Source: Cenococcum geophilum (Eukaryota). From it: a stretch of 64,000 nt of DNA. Shown here piece after piece: positions 14,201-27,296 of this stretch. The stretch is taken from NCBI GenBank assembly GCA_050273025.1, contig CP158635.1:9362001-9426000 (forward strand). Direction: 5' to 3'. Below the pieces are notes generated by a model that searched no databases, was not told where the DNA came from, and saw only the letters and a program-made list of their open reading frames with translations. A program made the position numbers and the translations under genes. The first letter of the stretch is position 1. Every line of letters begins with the position of its first letter.

Positions 14201-17200
14201 TTAAACGTAATAAAACCTTATCGCCTACTCTAAAATGCTTGTCTTAGTGCTTATAGTTATACTAAAGTCTCTACTACTCTTAGGTATTTTGTAGGCTCTA
14301 CTTTACATACTTCTATTACTCCTCCTATTTCTAGAGATATCCTTATACTCTCTAGTAGATGTTCTTAGACTTCCCGGTAGAATCCTATAACTAATTATAC
14401 GGCCTTAGCTAGTAATTGTTGGGTATACTATTAAACCTAAATAGTTGGACGCTATAGGTAATCTGGATTGGTATATACTTATATAATATATATTGCTTTA
14501 AATTATAAGCGTACTCCGCGTACGGAAGTAGCTTATATTAATTATCTTACTAGTAGTTTAAATATATCCGTAGGTAAGACTCTAGTTCCTAGTTTTGGCG
14601 TTCTATTTACCTATCCGTCTATAGGTGGAAAGCTATACTATAATAGTGGTCTATCTTTAAATAGAAGTATAAATCCGACTAGTACTGGCTTATAAAGACG
14701 CTGCCCCTATTAGTAATAATAGAGTGCGGCTAATTTACTTTAAGAAAGTATTTCTCCTTAATTAGGTTGGCGAGCTCTTATATATTAATCGTCTTATTAA
14801 TAGGAAGGTATTAGACGTACTTTAAAAACCTATTAATAAGTATGAGGACTAAATTATATATTTGTCCTTAGCTATCTTTAGATGGCGGGAGATCTGTAAT
14901 GAAGTCTATGGCGTAATATTACTATGGCTTATTAGCGGGGGGAACTAATTTAAGTAGACCCTATGGCTTGTGCCTATAGATCTTATATACTTAACACTTC
15001 TTATAATAGCTAATATACTCCTTTGCTTCCTAATTAAGCCTTAGCCAATAGTATTTACGCTAAAGTAATTCTACTGTCTTTACTTAACTATAGTGGCCGC
15101 CTAGAGGATTATTATAATTCTTTATAAGAATCTTCTGTTATAGATTTACTTCTTATAACACCCAAACCTTACTACCTCTACGTAGTAGGCCTATCGGGTC
15201 TAGTTCCTAATAGTGGCGCCTAGTAGCTTCCTTTCTGTTACGTTTCTGGTCTACTTCCGTATTAAAAATAGTATAGAAAGCGTCCCTCTGTTACACCTTA
15301 TAGATGAGATCCGTTAACCCTTTGGATGGTTTCTGGGTAAAAGCTATTTTGTCCTATACTGCTCTAAGTACGAGACTAGATAGTACTATAGATCTTGTAA
15401 CTCTTTAATGCGCGTATATTAGGAAGGCCGCTATAAGGTTAAAGTCCTTTAGTTATTATAGGGCTCCGAGTTCTAATTACTCTATAGCTTTGCTATTGGT
15501 TTAAGGGGATAGCTTAGCAATTAGGGATGGTATATTACTAGGTTCTGAGAATGTATTAGGGACGTCCTGTCTAGGTATATTTAGACCCTTATTGGCAACG
15601 GACCGGGTACTAGCTAGAACGTCAGTAGAAACTAATGGGGCTTGTACTGCCTAAGACTCGGTATATAGAGCTATAGGTACTTGAGCATCCTATACCTAAA
15701 GCTTGTTCTATAATGTAGGGAGTAAGATATCTATTATCTGTTTTCCTTCTCCCGTTTTAAAGCCTTTGGCATAGTCTAGCTGTTGTGACGGTCTATTAGT
15801 AGGGTTGTTTTCCCCTAGCTTGTATTTAATCTTAAAATTAAATCGCGTGAGCTCCTTTGCCTATCTGGCTTGTTGAGGTATAAGCTCCTTTATAGTTATA
15901 AAGTAGCGTAGATTATGGTAATCTAAGAGTATATAAGTAGTATAGCTCGCGTGCTTAAGGTAATGTCGCCACTATTTAAAGTAGTTAACTATAGCTAGTA
16001 GTTCCTTATTGTGGGTATAATACCTAACTTTAGGTCCCTGGAATTTTCTGCTATAAAATGCTACTGGTCTCTAATGGAGCTAGGTAGCGTCTGGATGCCT
16101 GTTAGGTTATAGTAGGATACCAATAAGGGTAAAATTTAATGCATTAGTGATTATTATTAATGGCTAATCTGGGTTGAAATGCCGCAGTAATAGAGCTTCT
16201 ATAAACTTTGTGCGAAGTTCCTGGAAGGCCTTCTAAACCTTTCCGGGCTATAACTATAGCTTATACTATTTGGTTGGTCCCTTCTTGGTTTTCTTCCTTG
16301 CTGCCTTTAAGCTTTTTGCTTCTTGGGTTAGGTTTTGGGAAGCTTTTGTAATATAGTTAGATAGGTATTAGGTGACGTCCAAGTAGTTATAAATAAAGTG
16401 CCTATAGAAATTGGCAAAGCCTAGGAACACTTAAATATCCTAGTAGCTCTCTAGCTCTGGCTACTTCTAGATTGTCTATACCCGTACTAGGTCTATAACT
16501 ATACCTGTAGGCGTTATAATATAACCTAGGAACTTGACCTGCTTAGTATTAAAGATATACTTTAACGCTTTGGTGTAGAGGCCCTAATTATCCAAACGTT
16601 CTAGTACTTCGCGGATGTATTACTTGTATTAATCCTTGTCTTCTAAGTAGATTAAGATGTTATCTAAATAGAAAACGCATGTGTAGTTAACTAGTCCCCC
16701 TAAGGCTCTATAAATGTATGATTAAAATGTTATAGGCGTATTGGCTAGCCTAAAAGGCATTACTAAATACTTAAAGTGGCTATATTGGGTCTTAAAAGCG
16801 GTCTTTTACTTATCCCCTTCTTTAATACGGAGCCTATAATAGGCGTCTTATAGATCTAACTTTATAAAGATCTTCGCCCTAGATAGTTAATCCAGTATTT
16901 TACTAACTAGTAGTAGTGGGTAACGGTTCTTAATTATAATCTTATTAAGACTGTGATAGTTTATATATAGCCTTATAGTTCTATTTGGTTTTAGGATAAA
17001 GAAGATCGGCGCGCCTAATAGCGACTTACTAGGCCGGATCCATCCCTTTTTTAGTAAGCTATTAAAGTACTCCTATAGGATCTTAAGCTCTTTATATAAG
17101 AGGTTATAGATAGGAAGGTTTAGTGGTTGTTTACCTTCTTTTAGATTAATTACGTGATTGTACTCTAAGTTCTACGGTAGGACTTTAGCTCTCCTACCTA

Positions 17201-20129
17201 AAAATACCCTTAGTAAGTCCCTTAGGCCTACTAGAATATTTAATAAATTAGGGTCGCGTTTATCCTTCGCGTTATTATTAGGTAGGTCCTAGAGCTCCCT
17301 TAGGATACTTATGGGCAGCGTTATGCGCTATAATAGTTACTTGTATATAGTTGCCACTATATATTAAACCGTTTTATACGGTAGCCAATAGAGGGTAGGG
17401 AACTCCTTAACGCAGCGTTTAAGGTACTGTAGTATACTCTCCGTATATTGCTTAAGCCAGAGTAACCCGTGGCGGTTAAAGTATCTCGTAAGATCCTTAA
17501 GATCGCCGCCTCCCTGTAATATCTCTGCGACCTATCCGGTAGTTCCCTATAGGGTCTCTGTTATAGAGGGGTTATTACCTATACTAAGCTTTATACCCAT
17601 CTTGCTATTAAATAGGGGTTAGATCTAATACTTCTTTAGGTGTAGAGCGTACACTATTTTACTTAGGGCTACATTCTCTAGAATGTCCTTTAGGCTTGTT
17701 AGTAATATACGCCCTTCCAAATCTTTATCGTTCTACTATTTAAAGGCTTCTGTCTTAAAGCGTATCTTAAAATCTGCTTTCGCAAGCTAAGGGTATCTAA
17801 GGATAAGGTTATAACCTACAAAGTTAGCCGCCTAGAAGGGTTATAGGTTGACCGCCTTAGTGCGGTTATATATATTAGCTACTAACACTATGAGCTTATA
17901 GGCACTATATAGCTTAATCCAATACTTATTTAGGAAGCCTATAATAGGTTTCCGCCACCTTTATAATGGGATAAGTTTATACTCTTTTACTAAATTATAT
18001 TATATAAGATTGATTTTGGTGCCGCTGTTATATAGTGCTTAGAACTGTTATACCTTACCTATAGGGAGTGTTATTTTTAGCTTAATAGCAATATAGAGAG
18101 TCTTTTCTTTTATATCTTACCCTAGTTGCAGCTAGGAAAGGTCCGCAACTAGGGCTTTTCTTTTTTTGGATTATTAGTGCGGTTATTGCCCTACTTGTTT
18201 TTCTAATAAGATTTACCTCTAGAGTTTTCTTTTGACTTCTTAGAGTGTTTCCGTAAAGGTGCTAGACGCGTGTTAGGTTGGCCCTGGGAGTCTTTTCCGT
18301 TATTTAAGGTTCCTAACTTTAACCCTTCTAAAGTTCTTTTTAAGAACGGCTTTTTTAAAGGTTAGGTCTGCCCTATATTACTACTAAAGTGCCTATACTT
18401 TTAGTGACCCCCCGGCTTTCTACCGGAAGAGGTCTGGTTTTTTACCGCGTCTTTAGTATTTAAAACTGCTTGTTTGAAATCCGTATATATAGTAATCCGC
18501 AATAGGGCTCCTACGCGCTTTATTTTGTCATAAATTGCTAGCTTAATTTTAGCCTAGATAAACCCGATCTTCTCCTTCTTATAAATACTACTGTCCTTGT
18601 TTTTAAAGGGCTCTAAATCTATTTATTAAGTATAAGTTTTTATAAAGTTTATAAACTGGCGGAAGTTATAGCGGTCTAGCTGTATCCTATTCTAGAATAG
18701 CTCTATATTATTATATTATACAATATGTAAATCTTAAGTCTATTTCTTTAGGAAGGTTTATAGCTATAGCTATATAGTAATTTGCTCTTTATTAAGCTAA
18801 TTAAGTGCGATCTAGTTTAGTGATCGGTCTTTAATCTTACTAATAATCTAGCGTATACGCTCTTTAGTATTATCTTGTATTATTAGCATCTTAAAGAAGT
18901 TATCTACCTTATGAACCCAATCGTCTAACTGTTGGGCGTTGGGTTTATGGCGGAGTTTTAGACTATTAAAGGCCTTAGCGAGTCGGTCTATGTCCTTTTT
19001 CTATTTATAGTGTAGATAACTCTTTAAGTCTTCTATACCTCCTTAGGTAGGTACTAAGTAGCTCCTAGAAAGCCCTTAGCCTTAACTAGGTTATAAAAGA
19101 ATTTGCCTAGCTTAGATTAAACCCTACTAGATCTAGATTTGCCCTTAGAGGGTTCTAATATATTTATTAGTAGCTTCCTCCCATATGGCTTCCGAGAGCC
19201 TTATAACAGCTTTTTAATATCTATCTTAAAGGAGATCAGTATAGGGCTCTTAACCTTCTAAACTTAGGCCTGGGGAGGCTCCTGCTATAGAGGTAGTATT
19301 AGTACTAGTAGCTAGTATAGGCTTCCTAACAAGGCTTGGGTCCTAAGTCAGTAATTAGCTTAGATTACCTAAAGGGGTAGGCCCGCTTAGCTCGTAAGCA
19401 GTCTATACACCGCTACTATACTAATTGTAGGCCGGTGGTCTTCTGGGAGGGTTCTGGTTGGTTCCCTGGTTAGATATATTAGTATATTCCTCTGGCATTT
19501 TTAGCTTAGGGGAAGATCTTAGAGTTACCTCTGGCGCTTAATCTTCTGATTGGCCTAGGTGGGGCCGGAGGGGTTCCGGTTGCTTTCCGGCAGCGTTGCG
19601 ACCGTTATAGAGGGTATCTGCGTTTTCCTTAGCGGTGACTGTAGGTGTACAAGAGTCTTCGAGCTCCTGGAGCATCTAGGTATTGGGGCTTATTTGGCCG
19701 TCTTACCTAGAGGGTTATATTGTCGTAATCTCTCGCTATTAGAGGGACCTTCCTACCTTTGCGCGACGGCTTTCTATAAGGTATCCGTGGGGTTTCCGTT
19801 TAGGTCGTCGCGAGATTTTTAAGGGAGGATAGTGGTTGTAAACAAAAGATATAGATAAATAATTTGGTCCTTAAAGCTGACTGCCCTTCTAAAAAAGAGT
19901 AGGAAGGATTTAAATATAAGGGGATCTTGTAAACAGGGGGCTATAAGGATACGATTGGAATAGGATAGATTGGTAAGAGAGATAAATCCTTAAGGAGGTA
20001 AGACCTCTGGGATCGTGGAGACTATATACTACGGGTATATACCTCTAGCACGTGACCGGCGACCATCCGAGGGGCGTCCGGGGGTTGTCCTGAGGGCAAC
20101 CCGAGGTGTCCGCAATAATATCCCTTATA
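11223..20129 (-). mobile_element. Full-length Ty3/Gypsy family C element (8.9 kb) with a long 3' region
   Basis: 215-bp LTRs at 11223-11437 and 19915-20129; TSD CTACC (11218-11222, 20130-20134); reverse PPT at 11438-11453; pol remnants at about 13750-18200 and gag at about 18200-19800 on the minus strand. Confidence 0.96.
12471..13432 (+). pseudogene. Antisense accessory gene of family C: RIPped, two introns, six-Cys Zn-cluster-like N-terminus, about 285 codons
   Basis: ATG at 12471; CX2CX26CX8CX2CX7C (three Cys intact, three as TAY); intron GTAAGT..GCTAAC..TAG at 12735-12790 (alternative in-frame AAG acceptor at 12778); intron GTAGGT..ACTAAT..TAG at 13088-13138; single frame after splicing with an acidic tail; the 3' end is uncertain. 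Confidence 0.72.
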
Positions 20130-20134
20130 CTACC

Positions 20135-20324
20135 CCCCTAGGAGTAACTATATAGCAATAAGGCACCGCTAGAAGTATAATTAACCTTATATTTATAGAT
20201 AAAGGCCTATACTAGAGACTTAAAAGGTATAATTCTAAAGAAGAATAAGTACTTACTTTAGACTATATCCCTATCTAGATATAGCTAGATCTAGATATTA
20301 AGGCGTAATTAAATAGTAAAAGAT
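20135..20324 (+). pseudogene. LINE piece 3: end of the endonuclease domain
   Basis: T..RG..RS.IDL.F and SDH.PI motifs (de-RIPped); bounded by the TSDs of elements C and D. Confidence 0.82.
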
Positions 20325-20995
20325 TGTAATGGGACTAGCCTAGTTATAGTAGGAATGTCTTAGTAAAATACTTAATAGATAAATTCTAACGCTTTAACCA
20401 AAATCTGCTAAATTAATTAAATTACTAAAGTCTATTAAAGACCGCGTGCGTATATACGTACGCATTAACCACTAAACCCCTAACTATTTAATTATATAAT
20501 TCTCTTATTATTCCTTTCTCTTCTTTATATAACGTCTTATTCTTAATAAGAGCTATATACCCTTAGATTTAGATAGAATTTATATTATTCCTTTAAATCT
20601 TCCCTAAAGTCTCTTCGCGCCTTTATATTACGTTGCGTTAATACTAATACCCTTAAAATAGTAAATAAACTTAAATCCGCTATATTAACTATTATAGCCC
20701 TAGTTAGGGAATAAATAACTATAATATAATAGTCCTTTATAGATGCCTTGGCCTAGTAACAAACTATACTAAAAGCTTAGTATTAGTAATTAATTAAAGC
20801 AATATATAAAGAACTCTATAACGCTAAAGTACTCGTATTAAAAACCCTAATAATAATACCTATAAACGAAATTAAAATAACTATATATAAACCTAACCTA
20901 TTAAATATAAACCCTAAACTAATAATAGTAGTTTAACCCATACCTATAATAAACCTAGTACCTACTATAAAATTTAAAAAGCTCCCTAACCCTCT

Positions 20996-23900
20996 TGTTA
21001 CGGAACCCTACCGCAGGGGCCTTTATAGGAGAGCTCTGTGCTCTCGCGTATACCTTATGTATAGCTTATATTAGCTACGCGTAGGTATATTACCTCCTTA
21101 CGCCCTTAACCCTTACGATTGATTATATAACGTCTTATAAACTCCTTGAATATATACGCTCTATAGCCACTACCTACGTTCTATAACATTACGTTATGCC
21201 TTTTTACCACTAACGTTTAGCCTATAACCAATTCTACGTCTCTATAATACTGTAGGCGCTGCTAAAAGCAGCGTATCTATAAATTACCTTACTTTATACT
21301 TCTAAGGAACCCATAATAGTAAGACAATATTCCTTATTAGCTACTATATTAAACCTAAAGAACAATCTAATACCTATACTTAACCTATGACGCCAATTAA
21401 TCCCAGGAGAATTTAATTTATTAGCCCTAACCCCTAAGGAAATAGACACCAATAATATCTTATCTTTTATTAACTATATAACTACGGATAAGCAAATAGA
21501 AGGGCTACTACCTATTAAAATCGAAATACGAGACGCCGAGACGTTCGCAAAAATGGTAGTATAAAACCCTAATAAATACTACTGCCTTTTATAGAACTAC
21601 TACCTAAAGCTTATATAAGCTGAGATGCGTACTACCTAAGATCGCGATATTATCTAAGACCTATAAGCTCGTAAGGCGCTTACTAATAACACACGTTAAG
21701 AAACTAAAGATAACCTCCGCGTGTCTAAACGTAACGTTTAATAGTTAAAGAAGAATAAGATTATACTAATTGCTACAGTTACTAAAAAAGAAGGCGCAGT
21801 TAAATACCTATAATCTTAGCTTAATAAGCATATTTATAATAACGCTAGATATCTCTCTACTATATATAACGCCACCTAAGTCTCTACGCCCCTAGCAACT
21901 TTACCTAATAGGAACCCCTACTAAAGTAGTAATAATAAAAGCTATAATAATTGGACCTAAACTGCCACTATAGGATTTAATGTACGCTACCTTAATCCCC
22001 TAGTCTTTTAAGGAAACCGCAAGGAATATAGCTACTAGAAGATATAAATCCGCGAGAAACTAACTTAGAGCGCCTGCCTTTTTCTATAGAAGATATTAAG
22101 ATTAGCTATATTATTGGGCGAATAAAGGGTATACTATTTAATAGACTCTTTACCTAATAGGAGACTAGTAGCCCCTAGAAGTAGTAGTCTTACTAAGAAG
22201 TCCTTAATAATCTTAACCTAATATACCGCAACTATAACCTACTGGCCACTAGCCGAGCTAAACTACGTGCCCTAAAGATAAGCCCTACTAAATTATTTAA
22301 TGAGTTTTATATTAAATTCTAGGAATATACTAAAGCCCTCGCCTAAGACAATACTAAAGACTAGGAGGATCTCCTTAAAAAAGTTACTTATCGCCTTAGT
22401 TACGCAGCCGCTAGCTATAACTATAACAATGTTTATAAGATAGTAGCAGCCCTATAGAAGATTAAACGACAACTAAATTAGATTACTACTACTAACTTTT
22501 ACTTAAAGACTTCTTTATAAAAGCCCTTTAGGCCTACTAAACCTATATATACTAAGCCACCAACGCCTACTACCTTAAGTACTACTAGAGCCAATATTAA
22601 CCTCTCTATACTAACCTTTCCGCAAATACTCCTAAATAGAGAGCGCGAGCTACTTTAGAAATTAGGACGCTGCTATAGATGCTATTAAGAAGGCTATTAT
22701 TGCGATAACCTAAACTACTTAATGGCTAGGTTTAGTACCCGCCGCCTAATACCTAACCTAATGCCCTAAACACTAAATATGTTGCTATGCGCTACTACTA
22801 TACAAGACGAAGATATAGTAATAGTAGTAGAATCGGATATAGAAGTAGAAAATGCTAAGTCCTAGCCCTAAGTTGTGGGTTAGGACACCCTAATAATAAA
22901 GGGATCTATATATCGGCCTACTTAATAGATAACTTAGTAAAGATAAACGGATAGAAATAGATAGTTTTACCTATAATAGGAACTACTGCTATAAAACAAT
23001 ATAAAAGCCGTTTTATAATTAACTGTAAAGCTACTAATTAATTTATAGATACCTAACTTATACGCACTTATAACCTACCTATTTTACCCTTTACCAAAGC
23101 CCGTGCCCTATAACTCGCTAATAGTAGTTATACCATATAGAAGATTACCCACGTAGTATAACTTTACTTAGATATAAACGGGCACCAGGAAGAGCTTTAG
23201 GCCTATATTATACCACTTGCTAATTACCCTATTATCCTTAGAATAAGCTAGCTTAAATAATATAACCCCGCTATTAACTAGGAAAAGAAAAAAGTAACCT
23301 TTAACTCTAAATACTGTAGAGAGACTTGCCTAGGACATAGCCTAGCCGCCTCTATTTACTCGCCAGGATATTAACCTAAGAAACCCCTTATTACCCCACC
23401 TATAACTAACTACTACTATATAAGTACTGCGGCCTTTTACCGTATAGTATATAGGAAAGGCTAGACCGTTACTACAGCTTTCTAATTATAACTATATAAG
23501 CTTAATAAAGAATAGGACTACGTCCTCTATAGTAATAGGATAAACATAGTTAACCTTTTAGAAGATAACGCCCCTGCGGAACTTTATAGACTTTTACCTT
23601 TAGACTTTAAGAAGTTTATAAAACTTAAAAAAGGACTTACTAACGAAGAACTCTGTAAGCTCCTCCCTAAGAGGTACTATAACTTTATTAATATATACTT
23701 ACAAAAGGGCGTAAATATACTCCCCCTATATCGACCTAATAACTATACTATTAATATTAAATAAGTAAAAACGCTATCTTATAAGAGACCCTACCTAATA
23801 TTAAAAGATAAACTTTTAGTTATAAGAAAGTATATTAACGAGCACCTTAATAAAGGGTTTATTTGTCCTAGTATATTACTAGCAGCTGCCCCTATCCTTC

Positions 23901-26900
23901 TTACTAAGAAGCTAGGAGGAAGTATCTAATTCTACGTTAACTATAGAGGACTTAACGCTATTATAATTAAAAACTAATACCTAGTACCGCTTATATAGGA
24001 GACCCTTAAGCGGCTTAGCTAAACTAAAATCTATACTAAGCTTAATATTATTACCGCCTTTAACTACTCTTAAATACAGGAAGGTAACAAATGGAAAACC
24101 GTATTTATATTGCGCTTTAGCCAATTTAAATATACCGTTATACCCTTTAGCGTATATAACGGCCTAGGCACCTTCTAAAGCTATATTAATAACGCCTTAC
24201 GGGACTACCTTAATGACTTCTGCTCTGCGTACCTAGATAATATACTTATTTATAGTAATAACCCTTTTAAGTATACCGAACATATTTAAAAGGTCCTATA
24301 GCGCCTTAGGGACGTAGGACTTTATATTAATTTAAAAAAAATGCGAATTCTTAGTTACAGAAGTAAAATACCTTAGACTAATTATTACTACTAAGGGTGT
24401 CCGTATAGACTCTAAGAAGGTACGTATAATTACTAAATAGTAAGCTTTTAACTACATTAAAGATATATAAGCCTTTCTTGGTTTCGCTAACTTCTATTAA
24501 AAATTTATATATAATTTCTTAGGCGTAGTAGCACTACTTATAGCAATAATGCGAACAAAGGGCCTTTTTATAAAAGGAAGAAAAACGTACCTACGTTTTG
24601 CCTAGACGCCTAAATATAAGAAGGCGTTCTAAGACCTTAAAAATGCCTTTACTAAAGCACCTATCCTAGCCTACTTTACACTAGGATAACAACTTTATTT
24701 TAAAACCAACTCCTTAAACCACGTTAACGTAGGCGTCCTCTCCTAGATAGGCGATAATAGTTTCCTTTACCTAGTTATATTCTACTTGTCTAAGCTTATA
24801 CTATAAGAGTATAACTATAAGATCTATAATAAAGAACTCCTTACAATTGTATAAGCGTTTAAAGAATTTTAACTAGAACTTTCCTTAGTAGAGCCCGACT
24901 AGCTAACTAAAGTCCTTACGGACTATTATAACCTTAAGTACTTTATAACTATGAAGTAGCTAAACTAACGCTAAGTATATTAAAATGAGTTCCTCTTTAG
25001 TTTTAACTTTAAAATTATATATAGACTAGGAGTATAAGGTACTAAACCTAATAGCCTAATACGCCGCTCGCAAGACCTTCCTTAGTCTAAAGATAACCCC
25101 TATAATTAGTTCTAATAATAAACGATTCTAAAAGCATAAAATTTGGCCCTAGGTATACTACCTATAATAGAGCTAACTATACCTTAGCTTTATACTATAG
25201 AACTAAAGTTACCTTCTAAAATTAATAAGCTTATTACTACGGCATATAATACTTTTATTAACCTATTACTGTATTAACTTATAGCCGCAAAGACCGCTAG
25301 CGCCTATACGCTACTTATTAACCTCTAAAGCTTAGGCTAGATTAATATAGCAGCCTTAGAAGTAAAAGAGAACAGGCTCTATTATAGAGGTCGCCTATTT
25401 ATCCCTAATTTAAAAATCTATAACGGCAACTAATCTAAATAGCCCACAACCTCTAATTAAGCGGCTACTTAGGTAGAGAAGGAACCTATAAGCTTCTTAG
25501 CTAATACTACTTCTAGCCAAAAATAATAGACTTAGTTAAACGCTTTATAGGCTCCTACTACGGTTATAAGCGCGCTAAGGCCTTTAATATAAAGTACTAA
25601 GGACTACTATACCCTCTACTAGTACCTATATGACGATAGGCAGATATTGCTATAGATTTCGTTGTTAACCTACTACCCTATAAATAACACGGCCGTACCT
25701 ATAAGAACATCCTTATAATAATATACCGACTTATAAAATAGCGCCACTACGTCCTAACTAAAGGTGTAGCTGTTAGCGACGTTACTAACGCCCTCCTTTA
25801 TAAAGTTTACTAACTATATAGGTTACCTAACTCTATTACGTCCGACTAAGGTATATAATTTAACTTTAATATATAGAGACAAATCTGGCAACGCCTTAGT
25901 ATCTCCGTTAAGATATCTATATCCTTTTACTATAAAACTGCTAGGTAACCGGAAAACGCTAATGCCAGTATAAAAGCGTACCTACGATAGGTAGTTACCT
26001 ATAGTTAAGATAATTAGGTGGATTACCTTCTACTAGGTAAATTTATAGCGAATAATCATGTCTTAACCACTATAGGATTTACCCCGTTCTTTGCGAATAA
26101 GGGTTATTACCCCTAATCTAGCATAGAGCCACTAGAACCTATTAATAAGAAACTGCTATATAGAAAACGCCTTAAGATACTATTTACTAACTAGCATGCA
26201 GACCGTATAAAAAATCTACTTAACTACTATAAGGGAGAAATGGCCTAGGCTTAAGTAAAGTAGGCCTACTTTGCTGACCGCTATAGAACGCCACCACCAG
26301 AGATGCGTATTGGCGACTGGGTATAGCTAAATACACATAATATCTCTATATAGAGGCCTATAAAGTCACTCGATTATAAGAACCTTAGCCCCTATTTAAT
26401 TAAATAAGTTATTAATAGGGGAGCCGCATATAAGCTAGAACTCCCGCCTACTCTAGCCACCCGTAGAATATAGCCTATATTTTACCTATAGCTACTATAC
26501 CTCTATTAGCCTAACCCTTTACTAGGGCAGATATAGCCTAAACCTCTATTAGTACTAATCTAAGATAAGAACAAAGACAAGAACCACAAGGAGTGGACTA
26601 TTAAATAAATTATTAACTTTAAGTACTTTAGTAAAGGCAGAGGATAACAGCTCTACTACAGAGCTATATACACAGGATTTAACATAGATTAGCTAGAATA
26701 GTAACTATAGGAAGACTTTAAAAATACAAAGGATCTAATTAGCGACTTTTACTACGCAAACCTATAGAAACCGGGCTTAAGCAGAGATTTTATACCTAAT
26801 CCTCTATAGGAGCCCTTATAGAGTTAAACCGTTATACATTACTACGTAAAGGCAAATTACCGTTAGATTGCGGTAAAGTGCGATTACGTAACTAGAATAT

Positions 26901-27296
26901 CGTCGAGATATCCAGGAACTTTAACCAGCGGTTAAAGTTGTCTAATTAGTTAGATTTTTAGATGCCAAGCCTTATTATATAACGTTGTTTTAAACCTTTA
27001 GCAATACCCCCCTTTCTTCTTTTTTATATCCTAAGTGCCCCTTTTATATATATATAGTAACCACAGCGTTGCCAGAGCTCCGCCTCTATAGAAGGGGGGG
27101 TAGTGTTATAGAACCCTACCGTAGGGGCCTCTATAGGAGAGCCCTGTGCTTTTACGTATACCTTATATATAGCTTATATTAGCTACGCGTAGGTATATTA
27201 CCTCCTTACGCCCTTGACCCTTATAATCGATCGCGTAACGTTTTATAGACTCCTTAAATACATACGCTCTATAGCTACTGCTTACGTTCCGTAACA
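20996..27296 (+). mobile_element. Full-length Ty3/Gypsy family A copy 2 (6.3 kb), inserted in the gag region of element D
   Basis: 193-bp LTRs at 20996-21188 and 27104-27296; TSD CCTCT (20991-20995, 27297-27301); gag with CCHC near 22670, then PR, RT, RH, IN, chromodomain remnants. Confidence 0.97.
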
